Positions 12,578-25,104 are shown, counted from the first letter of the whole stretch. The stretch is DNA of 51,210 nt, filler included, from Sphacelaria rigidula (GCA_964200075.2; 3 parts of 3 records of this genome joined end to end with filler, not necessarily neighbours in it); one strand, 5' to 3'. Notes: a model not told the origin generated them from the letters alone. Program-made: numbers and translations.

Positions 12578-15153
12578 TGTATATGTTGTGTGTGTGCTGC
12601 CGTCTCATCTATTCTGGACGCCAGTCTACACCTTTCGGTATACGTGGGCATACAGGGCATACAGGAGGAAGGCCAGCACAGGAGTTTTTATTTTATTTTA
12701 TTTGTTCTAGTTCTCCACCTCCCTTCTGCGGTGCTTGCCTTTTCTCTTTTTTTTTTTGTTGCGAGAGGGATTCAGCAGTCCTCTTTCCTCGTCGACCGTT
12801 AAGTCGAAAGCCTGAAATTGGGGTTTTCCCTATTAATAGGTGTAAAATATGAATTTTCATCGGTACCCTTCCGGACTATACTGGACTGCTCGAAACAGGG
12901 CTCGACACCCTGCCGGGCCATACCGCAATCTCAGTACACATTCCTGTATGGTTAAGTAAACCATAAAAAAATCAGCGACTTCCGGTTACATACCCTACAG
13001 AGCACAGCCTTAAAAACTTTCACAACCCAACCACTTGCTCCTCAACGAGCGCAACGACCAACCCCACCCAGTTTCTAAACAAATATCCGATAATAATCCC
13101 TCCGCACCCTCACCGCCGAATATACACTGAACGAATCTCGACAGCCTACATGTCCAGCCTCCCCGACTTCTGTTGGTTTGTACATTGGGGAAATAATCGA
13201 CGACGCTCCTTTTCACTCGAATGTCCTCATGTCTTGTAGCAAATCTGGCTTCATTTATTTCACAGACAACCCCACGAAAACATTTTTTCTAAATTGGTAG
13301 ATGACGCATGTGTATAAAAAAAACATCACACCCATGTGCCGTGCATCATATAATAGCTATTCGGGGATATAACACGACCATGGTGGCGGATTCCGGCCGG
13401 GAACGCGAAATTGATTTTCGCGGGCAGAGGGAGGGGGAACATAGGTGCTCGAAAGATACAGGAGAGCTCACAAATTATGTTGCCTACACAGAGATGCATT
13501 CTGTGGCGCGAGGTTGGCACAGTTGGCTGAAGTGAGCTTATGGGAATCGATCGATGAAGGAATGACCCCTCGGTATAAAGGTGACCTTAACGGGGTACTG
13601 TCATGAGGTGGAGAGACGTTCACGGCATCTCTTCCCCAGACCCGCAGGTCACGGAAACTGTACAGATATAGGATCGTCCTGTAGAAAAATAGAGACACGA
13701 AATCATTCAGATTCCTGGGGCAAGTTGACGTACAGATCAGACTTGTGTTTCCCCAGTTCCCGGGAGGCAGCACGCCTCCCTGTTATATATTGGGGTCTAG
13801 ACGAGACCCTGCCCCGCGCATCGTCTCACTCTCAGCTCGGACGTCTAGCCATCAACCGCTACATTGTCTCTGGTGATCACTGGTGAAAGCTAGGAACGAG
13901 AACCTCCAGTTTCATAAAGTGAGAAAAGCCTCCTATTTGATGTAATAGGTGCGAGGACGTTCCCCGCGTGAACCTCAGAGTGCCAGAGACACTCTATATC
14001 GGCTGTGCTCTTTGTTGCACAAGATAGGGCTGACCGATACAAAAGGTATCACCCTGCCAACACCTTGGTAATATCATGTCATCTCAGCGCTACGTCACTG
14101 TGGCGGTGACTTCACCAGCCGTACATGTAAACACGCGTACTCGAACACTTTTTCAGTACGGCAGAAATGATCGTTCAGTCATAGCGAAATGCTACTGCAC
14201 GCCCGTGGATTTCGCAAAAATAACAAAAAAAGGTTCGTTTTGCAACACTCCCGCCAATAATAACCCGCCCATCCATGCCAACTCCCCGTCCATCTGCTTA
14301 ATTGATTTGATTTCAAGATATTCTCGCACACTATTAATTGATCCGCCACGAATTCAGTCGGAGTGACAAGGCGAAATTGAAGGTGGACGAGGGGAGGAGA
14401 AAAAGCTACACCGGACAACCATCCTTCACACACTAGGGAGGCTGAGCGGAAACAAACGGACCGGCAACAACCGTATCCAGCTGTTCCGTTTCAACTCGTT
14501 TTTATTTTTATTTCATTTGTTTCACCAACCTCGCCACCGTGGTCTTCCATGAGGCCCGTGACTCGCTGAAAGTGACGATCGTTGATGATCCGAGAAAGAT
14601 CAGGATTTTTCTGCAGTACAACAAGGGAGCAAAAGCGCAAGAAGACAGAAAAAAAAAGGTTCAAAACAGGCATACCTCATATTTGTGAATTGCAAGAGTA
14701 CGACATTCGGTAAAATGTGTGACCCCGTCTGATGCGCCGACATATACCTGCAGGTGAAGACTGGCGTCTAGAAAAGGCGGAATAACGCACACAAGAACTA
14801 TACACGTTCATCAAGGTGTCGACAGAGCTGCCACTCTCCCAGTGAAGACGTTCGCATCTCCAGCAAGTCGCGTTCGGACGAAACATAGTCATGGGGGTGT
14901 AAAAGCAAATGCAGATACGGCGTAGTTATCTCTCCTACCAAATACCATGCAACATACTGTGCATGGATGGATAATTTTTGAGGTGAGATTTCACGGCACA
15001 CTAGACGACCCTACAAAACACATGGGTAGAGGGCAGCAACATCACGAAAATATCCTCGAACTGGAAATGCGCCAAGAAAATGCCCACCTGACGATCTCCC
15101 GGGTACATCCGAGCATACTCCGCCTTGAGAGTTGCGAGGAACGAGTCTCGTAC
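3178..15153 (-). CDS. ALDH3: Aldehyde dehydrogenase, ALDH3/fatty-aldehyde dehydrogenase type, 5'-partial; exons 15153-15088, 14610-14530, 11518-11429, 9869-9682, 4598-4445, 3333-3178
   Basis: Six GT-AG-bounded exons join in frame (phases 0,0,0,2,0): VRDSFLATLKAEYARMYPGDRQ|KNPDLSRIINDRHFQRVTGLMEDHGGE|VCMGGDTVESDRFIDMTVVLDPHMDSKLMK|EEIFGPLLPVITV...PLASYIFT...GGASVND|...GESGMG...FDTFTHRK...KYPPYQ|PSNERFLK...hydrophobic tail, stop. These are hallmark ALDH3 C-terminal-half motifs. The N-terminal exons, including the catalytic Cys, were not found before the contig end at 17004. Confidence 0.93.
4445..4598 (-). CDS. ALDH3: ALDH3 exon (GESGMG...FDTFTHRK...KYPPYQ)
   Basis: CAG acceptor, GTCAGT donor; completes the split Ser codon; conserved SGMG, FDTF and YPPY motifs. 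Confidence 0.92.
5200..6240. repeat. Highly diverged ~167-bp tandem array (~7 units, dimeric ~335-bp substructure) in an ALDH3 intron
   Basis: TGGCC-type anchor motifs recur at ~5221, 5390, 5545, 5712, 5879, 6046 and 6221, often followed by CGATGCC and TGTCCTAC-like motifs. Confidence 0.6.
9682..9869 (-). CDS. ALDH3: ALDH3 exon (EEIFGPLLPV...GGASVND)
   Basis: EEIFGP signature; CAG acceptor and GTGAGT donor. Confidence 0.95.
10813..10930. mobile_element. Tiny piggyBac-like MITE
   Basis: TTGA|CCCTTTTGGAAT ... GTTCCGGAAGGG|TTAA; termini resemble those of the 23370-25104 element; imperfect. Confidence 0.4.
11429..11518 (-). CDS. ALDH3: ALDH3 exon (VCMGGDTVESDRFIDMTVVLD...LMK)
   Basis: TAG acceptor, GTATC donor, 90 nt, in phase with the EEIFGP exon. 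Confidence 0.88.
12101..12546. mobile_element. Foldback / long-TIR MITE
   Basis: Arms at ~12101-12296 and ~12349-12546 are reverse complements along their length (e.g. GGAACATGGTTCCATTTCTTCACTTGCTGGTAGCT versus AGCTACCAGCAAGTGAAGGAATGGAACCATGTTTC), with TA at both ends. Confidence 0.8.
12547..12575. repeat. (GT)n microsatellite
   Basis: Seen directly. Confidence 0.95.
12590..12805 (+). mobile_element. Dispersed repeat family copy 1 (SINE/LINE-tail-like)
   Basis: CATCTATTCTGGACGCCAGTCTACAC...CTTCTGCGGTGCTTGCC...GGGATTCAGCA...CTCGTCGACCGTTA is shared with 22745-22950 (+) and 17570-17650 (-). Confidence 0.7.
14530..14610 (-). CDS. ALDH3: ALDH3 exon (KNPDLSRIINDRHFQRV...)
   Basis: ctgcag acceptor, GT donor, 81 nt; RIINxRHFxR is a conserved ALDH3 segment. 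Confidence 0.9.
15088..15153 (-). CDS. ALDH3: ALDH3 exon (VRDSFLATLKAEYARMYPGDRQ)
   Basis: CAG acceptor, GTGGG donor, 66 nt, phase 0. Confidence 0.8.
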
Positions 15154-17004
15154 CTGTGAAATGATGGCAATAGCAGTGGGATTCACAATCAACATGCAAG
15201 AACAGACTTAATGAGAAACAGAAACAAAACACTGCATAAATAATGGATACGTGTCTACAACACACGGTCGGACGCACGCCCAGAAAAGGCTACAGTCACC
15301 GACGCCTTTCTCGCTTCAACAGCCTACTAACCATCCCGCAAGGTGGAAGATCCCAGGGCCACCACACATACAACACCGGTCAGGGGCACGCCACTACGAT
15401 TGCGAAGTGCACACGTCACTGTCCCACACTACAAGGGCTACACCACCAGAAACCCCTCGACAGGAAAAACCCTGAGCAAGCTCACACCCGCGCGCGAGAG
15501 GGCAGCAAAGCGTAATCGCCGGGAGAAAGTAACAGAATGTACCTCAAGTACTGAGTACGAACCATAAACACAGTACAGACACAAAAAAGGGTGACGAAGA
15601 GACACGGCGAGTACATGTGTACATGGGCTACGCAACACAACGAGCTGCATGAGGGATAAGTTCCGAATTTTTCAACGTTATTTCGTCGGCAGGTGATTCA
15701 TCAGCTGTTGCACCCTCGGGAACGAAACGGAAGCGCGCGCCCGATCGCGGGTTACCCATTCATTGGAGAGTAGTGACATATACCTCAACATGATGTCTAC
15801 CGGGGGAGAGATGGGCTGTTCCTCTGAAACCACGGACTCATCCCGAGGAAGGGGAAGGGTTCAGAGGGGGGAAAATGAAATACAATAATAGTAATAATAA
15901 AAATGTGATCTACAGCCGGCAGCGGCAACCTGACGAAATCGGTGTCAACTGTAAATACGACTTGATATTTTTGTGGCATCGGCTTGTTCTAGTTATATTT
16001 TCGGTACCCATTCACACAAGAAACGCACCCTGTCCTGTAGCCTCGTCTGATGAAAAACTAAGCATAGAGAACGTGCGGATTTTAAAAAAAAAACGATATG
16101 ATGTGTTGTCATTTATGCACAACTCTTTCATGTTTCATTACCACCGACCAGTTTTGTTTTTCTCCACCATCCACTGCACTTTTTCGATCGAAACATATTG
16201 TGATAAAGCACGCCCTGAACCACGCACCAAGGCCACAACACAATCAGCCACGGAGAAATAAAAAAAAGGTAACGGGACACCATGATGTTACAGAACACAA
16301 AAATCAAGTAGCCTGTCGGAACACTGTACGAGCCTGTAGAACTTATTTACTCTGGTTTAGGGTTCACGTTGGGGTTCGGGTCCGGGTTTGCCTCGATTAA
16401 TTGATCGGAGCACCCAAACTGACTCTACCCGGGAGAGAATCAGCCATGGGTCACACCGAGGATGCACGCAACGTGAACAAGACAGAAACACTCGTTGAAA
16501 CAAACTTGAGAAAAAGGAAGAAGACGAATAAAGATTGAACGAACGGAGTAGACTGAGAAAATATGAGAACCCCATATCAAACAAAAACGAATAAAAGGCA
16601 CGGAAAAGAACAGAAAAAATAACGGTGCCGATGGCCGGCCACTGCAGCATGACTTTAGGAACAAGTGCCGTGCAAAAAAAACAAACACACACACAACCAA
16701 CCAACAACCCTCCTCGGATATCTCCCTTGTTGGTCAATCAATCACTACAATACGGGCAACCACGGCTACAAGATGGCGCTATCGCTCCTACTCTTACACT
16801 TGACGGCAAGATGATGCGCCCCCCCCCGTGGTCGAACTGGCACGATTGAAACCAGTCGGGGAGAAAAAAAAGGCTTGGGATCCGGATCCTGGCATATCTG
16901 TTTTCTATTGTTCTGAGGACAATTTCTGCGGTACCCCCCCCCCCCCCCCTCCAGAACAATTGCCAGCCAGTTGAATGACCCCCCCAACAACCCGCCGTAC
17001 AGGA

Positions 17005-17104
17005 NNNNNNNNNNNNNNNNNNNNNNNNNNNNNNNNNNNNNNNNNNNNTTAATTAATTAANNNNNNNNNNNNNNNNNNNNNNNNNNNNNNNNNNNNNNNN
17101 NNNN
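17005..17104. other. Artificial contig spacer N44-TTAATTAATTAA-N44
   Basis: Six-frame stop linker embedded in N runs. Confidence 0.97.
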
Positions 17105-17569
17105 AAGGCAAACAACAAATGAGTACGCCCCCCCCCCCCTCCGGAGGTCGTAGGATCATGTTTTTCTATCTTCACATTAAGAAACACTCAATAAACGGCC
17201 AATTTGGGGCGACTTGGGTGAGGTAGCGTCCATGATTGCTGGCCCTATCTGCCACCACAAGATGAGACGCACATTGGACTCAAATTGACGGTGCAGATAG
17301 ATGCGTTCAGCTTGATTGAGCAAGCGTTGCAGAGCATTGCGGTGTTTGTCTGGTCTTATTCTTGCCGTGGAAGTGTGATGTGCGATGTATCGCCGAAGTC
17401 CATAAATATAACTTGGCCTTACTTGGCTCCGAAGGTATGCGAAGAATTAAAGCTTAGCTGTCCATGTTGCAGCTACAGCGTGCGTTTGACCCTGGTGGCG
17501 CACGCAGGAGTGAAACGTCGCCTCCGCCGCTGTAATGGCTGCCTGTATCTTGGGCAAAGCTGTATGGTA

Positions 17570-17650
17570 ACACAGCCGCGGCTGGTGCGCCCACATATAT
17601 ACGGAGAGGTGGAGACCGGCGTCCAGAATAGATGGGGCGACAACACACAT
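17570..17650 (-). mobile_element. Dispersed repeat family, partial copy
   Basis: Reverse complement GTTGTCGCCCCATCTATTCTGGACGCCGGTCTCCACC...GTGGGCGCACCAGCCGCGG matches the 22745 region. Confidence 0.65.
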
Positions 17651-17716
17651 AACACACTGTGCACAGTACACTTTCAACATCGTGTTCGTGCTGACTGTAG
17701 AAATCGTTGTCCAGGG

Positions 17717-17791
17717 CCTGGTCCATTTCCACATATAATGCATGGTCTGGTCCATTTCCACTTATAATGTAGGGTCTGGTCCATTTCCACA
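17717..17791. repeat. 30-bp minisatellite, ~2.5 copies
   Basis: CTGGTCCATTTCCAC occurs three times at ~30-bp spacing. Confidence 0.85.
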
Positions 17792-18515
17792 GGTAAATGT
17801 GTGAAATGTTGCTCAGTGATATCGTGAAAAAACTCCGCAACATCTGGGCGAACTGCAGGTGCGGCAATCGCCTAAATGTTCACCTGCAAACTCTGCTCCA
17901 GTGCGTTGTAAGTTGATATCGCTAGGAGGACACTACCAACCACGTTGCCGGCTGCCAGACTGTCAGGACCTAGGATCTGCTAGCATTGCTATACTAGCCT
18001 GTACGGGGATGTTTCCCCCTCGTCGGGTACGTGGGGAAAGGTCCGTGGCAGAACGCAGTGGTCGCATCAAGCAGCTGCACGCTCGGCGTTCCCACTTAAG
18101 ACTTCGATTTGGAGCATGATACTACGTAGGCAGGCTTCAGCAACTACTGTGTGTCCAGGTGCCCCTCGGTTTCTGTTTCCTCTCAGGGGCACCTGAGAGG
18201 TATCTGTGTGGAAAATAAAAAAATGGCGGTGGTGGTCGTGGTGATGATCCCTTGTCATTCGACGGGCCAAACCCTTGCACTTTTTCAGATCAAGTATCCT
18301 CAACGCTAGAAACCACCTCATTGCGCATCTATAGGTAGCATAGGGATCCGCACGAAATTTCAGGTCATTTCGTCCTCCCTGGGTTGAGTTTGACCCATGG
18401 CTGCGAGGTCTGCTGCTGCTTTTGTCTGTCTGTCGTGCAGGCGGCCTTGCCGCGTTTGCCGCCGACCATGTGCCATCTTCACATCAACTTTCGGCTATCG
18501 ACATCTACCAAAAGG

Positions 18516-19585
18516 TATAGAGGAAAGTGCCCTACTAGGCCCAGTGCCATATTAAGCACACTTCGGAAAAAACGGTTACAAAATGACGCTTACTACATGG
18601 AACTCCTCTTTTTTTCGTTCGCAACGGTGAGTCTACATCTCCAGCGATCGTTTGCGCTCTTCAGCGTGCCGATCAACCTCGTCACTCACGAGCTACGGCA
18701 GTCACAATCACTGGGTCTGGCCGTGCAGGCTGATGTTGGTTTGGTGTCGATCGTGCTGCTAAGGACGAAGCAAAAGGTGACACGACATGTAGACTTGAGC
18801 GGGGCCCAGGCGACCCGAAGCACTGACAGGAGCAAGCACATGACACCTACGGCGGCTGAGAAGGCTGTTTCAGCGCTGTACAGCACTCGCCACCTGAAAA
18901 GCGGATGTGAAAAGGGTACAGCAGTCAATCCTGCAGCAGCTTTCTTGACCTGGCAAGAAATTTTCATGTTGCTTTTTAATTGTGGCGCGGGCGAAATCAG
19001 GAGCGTGTGCCCATGTTTGAACCCCATAAAGTGAGCAAACTGGCACCAAAACCCATGATTTGTTTTCGGGAGCCTTTACATGTCCACACAGCAGTCAATC
19101 AATGCATCAAACTGTTGATTTTGCGTCGCCTGCCGTGCACGGGGCACGCATGAAGTAAAAATACACGAAAAATTGCCCCGAAATCGACGGTCCTGAACCC
19201 CGGGGATGTGTGTATTTTGTCCCCGGATATGGGCATGAGTGTGCTCTTTTTTTCGATAGTGATGTCAAGTACACACATGATGTGCACACCAAGTATTGGG
19301 TTCTGAGACGTCCAGAACGCAGGTAATCGCAAAATACGCAAAAATGTGCTTAATAGGACAGCAGTCGTGCTTTCAGACTTTCCTTCGCGGAGGAACCATG
19401 AACCGCAGAGCCACTACCGCCTATCCATATCACTATTTTTCTCTCCTTTTTTTTTGGATGTTGGAGAGTAGTGTAAGCTACCGTTGGATACCAAAATATC
19501 GGTTCAAGTCGAAACACTGCCGACAAACCAGCCATTGGCGGCAGGGGTGGCTTAAGGTGGGCCTACTACGGCACTTTCCTCTATA
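18516..19585. mobile_element. Non-autonomous TIR DNA element (~1.07 kb), TA at both ends
   Basis: TATAGAGGAAAGTGCCCTACTAGGCCCA (18516-18543) and TGGGCCTACTACGGCACTTTCCTCTATA (19558-19585) are inverted repeats, 26/28 matching. Confidence 0.7.
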
Positions 19586-22116
19586 TATGTATATATTCAC
19601 TTGTTTAGGACGTTCAAGTATAGTAAATATCATATTTTTACGAGAACGACCATACTCTCCAAGAAAAAAAATGAAGAGCTCGTTTTTCATCTCTTCGGCA
19701 TGCCTCTGCGATTCTCGATGATAAGTTTCAAATCTCAATTCTCAAAATTGAAAAACTCAGATGAGGTCCGGGAGCATTGTCCATTCTCCCTCAAAACTCT
19801 CCTAAAAAAAGCGAAAGTCGACGGGGTTTTTTTCATTGTGCCCTAGCAATTCTCCATACGAAATTTCAAAGCACAACTCTCAAAAGCTGAGACGCAATAT
19901 CCAGATTTAGTGCATTGAGTGCCTCTGCTCGAAATGGATTGACTCCAGTATAGAACCTTATGAGCGCCATATCTCGAGACAGATGACGAATTCTGCAACA
20001 ATGAGGGTATCGATCGTTTCTCCGTGTCCAGGGAATGTCCACAGCAAAAATCCAGGAGTCTACATGTTGCACGTTCACGTTCACGTCACGTTCATAACGT
20101 TTTTAACATTCAATGTCCACGTTACGTTTCGTTTGGCACGTTAAAACAATTCACGTGACGTTAACGTTTCATTTGAAAATGTAACGTTGTATTTGTCTCG
20201 TATAAAGGATTAAAGTTACGTTTCGTTACGTGTAACGTTCAAATGTAACGTTTCATTCTGTGCATGTCGCGGCTCATTTACCAGTGTTTAAGGCGTTGTA
20301 GCGTGTCGTGTCATGCGTGACGCTACCGTGGCCCGTCGTATGTTTGAGCGTAGGCGCATTATCTGACCGTATAACGTTACTTTCTCTACAATGTATATCG
20401 TTCAATCGTTTTTGACCGTATCATTTTCATATCTCCTCTTTCTTTTCCATATTTTTGTTCTTAAATTCCAGTCTTTAAAATACTTGGTCATTCGCACGAC
20501 AGCACATACTGCACACACGACAGATCGTGAACGTGATCGAACGCAGGCTTGAGTCGTCCCGGTATTTCGCAGACAAAACTATATCGGGTATGTATACATG
20601 TGTACATGGACAAATAACATAGCTTATCACGGCCGTCAAAGGCAGGCGTACGTATGTATGCATGTATGTATGTATATATGAGAGGTTTACACCGCGGTCC
20701 AGGCAATCAATGTATTTTTGTAGTGGAGATGTTATATCCCCCCATGTGGGGGGGCAAAACAATCCGCCCACACGTTTCATCGTGACCAATCTTGCGTCGT
20801 TTTTGTTTTCAAATTCGGGAGCCCACTTCTTTTTATGTAAGACGGTTACGGGTGTTTGCAAACGAAGTAGAGCCTGCAAGTGCAAAGTAGTGCATGCAGA
20901 AGTCATATCCTCTCCATCTGCATGCACTGCCATGTACGTGCATCTGCATGTAGCCTTGAACCTTACAGTAAAGGCGGTGTAGAACTAAGGACATCGCCGA
21001 CATCACCGCTGCTAGATGCGAGCCTGCCTCCCGTTGTCGCGAACAAATGATTGACTACCTCATACTACTTAGACGATAACTCCATCTGCGGCCGCAGAAA
21101 AAGCAGAATTCCGTGTTTTTTGCGCAGAAACACGGCCGCGAAAACAATAGCAGGAAAACCGAAATATGTCGCAGATTTTCAGAAAATACAGCAGATTTTC
21201 AAGAGGATTGAGCATACTTGGGATTGCTTGGCGCAGATTTCCAATAGTACAGCGCAGACCTGCGATTTCCCCGGGCAAAAGCCCTGCAGACAAACAAACA
21301 GACCTCGTCCTTTCAGGGCCGACAAGGTTTTCGTGAAATTGAGATTAGAGCGCTGATGAGAGTGGCTTCGATCGATCGCTTTCACTTGGCCAACGTTTCA
21401 TGCCGTGTGTGCTCTTCTTTGCCTCCATCCCTGGCGCGTGCTTACAGCTACACTACGATATCCTTCTGATTTTGATTGCTTGATTGTCGCACTTTAACTG
21501 ACCACCCATAAGTCCTGCCGGGGTCGCATGATAGACGTACCAAGATAAGCAAAACTGAAACACTCGTTCAAGAGAATCAAGCAGCAGAAAAATGTCAAAC
21601 AGAACGACACAGTAGACTGACACGGGAAAAAAAAGACATGGGGAGAAAAAAAAACAACAAGAGCAAAGTAAAGGAAGAGATGGCCGACCTAAAAAACAAA
21701 AAAAAGAGCGCAAAAAAAACGGAACGGAATAATTTGAAAAAAAAAAAGAGCCCAAGGGATTCAGGGCGGCAGAGTCGATACAGACACACACCACACGCAG
21801 AGCCACCAACCAAGGACATGATCAACAACCGGTATGAGCAGACAATGTACTCCGATCGGCGGCCCTCCATGCAGCAGCCTCTCGCTTGTGACTGTGGTCT
21901 AAAATCCTCCTCAGGGATATCAAGGGCCTCAGTGGCGAGCTACTACAGGAAGCATATCGGGTTTCGTGGAGGGACATTTCGGAACTGAAACGATTCATTC
22001 AGTAATTGACCGCTTTTCACTCTCGATCGTATCCTCTACTCTCAACCTCACGAAAACATTGTTGGCCCTACACCTGACACGTTCATGGTTCACGTTTCAC
22101 GTCAAACGTCAAGTCA

Positions 22117-22227
22117 GGCTAGTGCTACGGTGGGGGACGGGGACCACGTGGGGGACTCCGCTCAAAAGTCAAGTCAAATCAGGGCTCCCCACGTTGTCCC
22201 ATACCGTATTACTAGCCTAGCTTAACT
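22117..22227. mobile_element. Two inverted 5S-rRNA-derived fragments (SINE3-like)
   Basis: GGCTAGTGCTACGGTGGGGGAC...CACGTGGG (+) and AGTTAAGCTAGGCTAGTAATACGGTATGGGACAACGTGGGG (-) resemble the eukaryotic 5S internal control region, with a (TTGAC)n-like tail between them. Confidence 0.55.
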
Positions 22228-22744
22228 TTCGATGAAAAAAAATGTGTATGATATACCCCGAAGAGATGTGCGCTAGGGCTTGGGTAGGGTCGTATTTTTC
22301 AACACAACGGACCGCAAGAAATTTAGGGTCCAGAACCAACTTGAGGGACCGAGAAAGAGAAATGGGGTAGATAAAAAAAGAAGACACATAAAATAAATAA
22401 ATAAAAACGCAGAAAAGCTAAAACAAGTCGCAGAAAAAGCGCAGAAAAACGAAAAAAAACGCAGGGGAAAAAATAGAAAAAGCGCAAAAAAAAGCGAAAG
22501 AAAGAGCAGATGGAGTCAAAGCCTAGTACTACTGTAAGGTGTGTGCAGAGTGCAGGGTATTTGTATCCTTGTACTACGACTGTCTGTTGTATTTGCAAAG
22601 TACAGCAACCACCTCGTACTGTGTTCGCAAGTACAACCTGTATTTGTAACCTTGCACTACAATACTGTGTTCGCGAGTACAGCCTGTACTTGTAATCTTG
22701 TACTAGTGTGCTTGCAAAGTACAGGCTATACTTGCAATATACAG

Positions 22745-22950
22745 TGTGTGTTGTCGTCCCATCTATTCTCGACGCTAGTCTACATCTTTTGGTATATGTG
22801 GGCGCACCAACCGCGGTCACACAGGAAGGTCGACACAGGAGCTTTTTCTTTTTTATTTGTTTACAGTACCTCCCCTTCCTTCTGCGGTGCTTGCCTTTTA
22901 TTTTTTATCGCGGAAGGGATTCAGCAATCCCTTTCCCTCGTCGACCGTTA
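22745..22950 (+). mobile_element. Dispersed repeat family copy 2
   Basis: Colinear similarity with 12590-12805. Confidence 0.7.
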
Positions 22951-22964
22951 CGTCAAATTTTGTG

Positions 22965-23097
22965 TACACACGACATAGTCGCTCTCCACTGTTGGGCATG
23001 GTGTGAGGAAAAATCCCAGATCGCTTCAAGATTTGAACCCAGGACCCAACCGTCAGAAGGTTTCGAGGTTACCAACTGAGCCACCGGGGCGACCGGC
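22965..23097 (-). mobile_element. tRNA-derived SINE
   Basis: Minus strand GCCGGTCGCCCCGG-TGGCTCAGTTGG (A box)...CCTTCTGA...GGTTCAAATC (B box), followed by a non-tRNA body; acceptor stem not intact. Confidence 0.7.
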
Positions 23098-23369
23098 TGG
23101 TACAGTAGTACAAGGTTACGGGTACAGCCTACACTTGTACAGTGTTTGCAAAATGCACGGCCTGTACTTGTACCGCTGTATAGTGGTTACTTTTTTGTTT
23201 CCTAGGATTTCAAAAATTAAGGCAAACTTGAAGTGTGCACCGCTTTACGTAACGCGAATGTGACGTTTCATGTAACGTGTAACATCTAGTGCACGTGTAA
23301 CGTGTAATAGACGTTACACATTCCATGAAACGTTTCATATTACGTGTTTTGAAGATTTGGGCATTTTAA

Positions 23370-25104
23370 CCCTTTTGGAACTCACAATGGAAAATTGATC
23401 ATTTGCAATTGACGGTTTTTGAGCAAGATATGGTTGATGGTTCACAGCTTAGGCCAACTCTTACGGGAGCGTTTGAATTTTGATTTTGCAACAATTTCAG
23501 AGGATTTTTTTTCCTTTGTCATCGTGGTGAACGAGCACAAAATACACAACTACGGCAAAGAACAAAAAAGTAGTTTAAAATTATTGCAAAATAAATTTCT
23601 AAACGCTCCCATACGAGTTGGCCCTAGACGCGAGAATTTTGGCCCAACGCGTATTTTTCAGACCCGTGCGAGTGACAAGTGGAACAAGGGAAAGCTTCCT
23701 CTTTTCTTGCTGCGGCGAGGTCCAGAACCCGTCGGCGTTTTTTTTCTACACTCATGAGCTCCTTCCCCGGCCACAGTGCGCGGCAAGCCTCTGTGAAGCA
23801 TGCTTCCCGCTTGACCTGCACGCCCTTCCCGCTGCAGTTTATACTCTTTACAGCGTCATAGCAACAAGGGCAACGCCGATGGCACATTCGCCATATTTAT
23901 GAACTGGCAGTGTAATACAATCCCAGGCAGCCACCTTTCCATGCCGCCGGGGGTGCTGCGATACTGCCCTGTACAGTACTGGGTGTCTTTACAGCAGTTT
24001 GGGGTAACCTCGATTACAGACTCACGTCATGCACAACATCGCGCTCATGCACGTTCCAACAGCACCATCCCGCCGTTTGAAAAATTGCGTAAAGGCGACG
24101 CAGACGCCATGTGCCCTGCAGTTATGCACCGTCACTGTGGTGTAGAGTCTGCCAAGTGCCGTCGCCCCAGGGGTGATGCCTTGCTGCTTCGTGTCATGTC
24201 CATGTCTGTATAATAATTTGAAAATATATCGTATTTTGAAAAAGTCTCTGTAAAACGTGAGGCATGCACAGAACTGCGCTCTGCCAAGCACGTGCCGACA
24301 ACATCATACTGCGGATTGACTATTACACAACGGCGTAGCGAAAGGCACGGTTGCCCCACCACATCTAAACCGCGGGTTGAGCGTTCCCGACCGTTGCACC
24401 ATCATACTTCATGCTGCATGAGATTCATGACGCCGGCTACCGCTATCGTCTCGTCCCGTCTACTCTCATGGCCGACTTTTCACATGCTTACATTTATCTT
24501 GCACGGAGTGTAGTCGCAAGTCAATACTGTAACCTACTGTATTTACTGACTGTAGTGTTTTTCATCTGGCCTGATTACGGTGGGTGGTGCCCGTTGGCTC
24601 CCTCCCGTGTGCATGTATATCGACTGTGCGGACGCCTGCGATTACGCCCCGCCATGTACCGCCCGCACAACCCACTGTGCCTTCCACATTAGGTGACGAG
24701 ATTTCGCTGGGTTCAGCCATATTATGTTGTATGTACGGTGTGGCGTGGTAAACTCGCCACCCAACGCTGCAGCCCGACAAAGCGGTACTCCCCTTACCTA
24801 CAAATGCTAATATACAAACGTGCCTGGTTGGACCCTGGAGCCCGTTGCTGTTTTTAAATGAAATGTTTCATAGTGGTTTTGCTGATTATTGTCGATGGAT
24901 ACAACTGGACACACTTAATCCGTTGCGTGGTATGATTGGACAAACCTTACCCGAATTCTCCAGGGAGGACATTCTTCTCCGGTCTTCCATTATAAAAACG
25001 GTTGCCGTCGGCCTATTCTGTTTCCATATTTCCTCTTCGTCAGGGCTTCTCATAATAAGGTGTTTGGCCAGGGGACAGGACAGGAGGGGAGGGTTCCAAA
25101 AGGG
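23370..25104. mobile_element. Non-autonomous piggyBac-like element (1735 bp)
   Basis: Perfect 12-bp TIR CCCTTTTGGAAC / GTTCCAAAAGGG, flanked by TTAA at 23366-23369 and 25105-25108; splits the ACGT-rich subterminal region of the hAT element. Confidence 0.85.

Noticed and set aside
17049..17060. TTAATTAATTAA as a biological site
   Set aside because: It is a synthetic linker within N runs, repeated exactly at 34153-34164.
17105..20044. Downstream AGA exons
   Set aside because: No GGxP, ELDA, HDTxG or GRVGDSP motifs were found in the minus-strand frames inspected; they are probably beyond the contig end.
23010..23097. Functional tRNA gene
   Set aside because: A and B boxes are present, but there is no intact acceptor stem and it continues into a SINE-like body.
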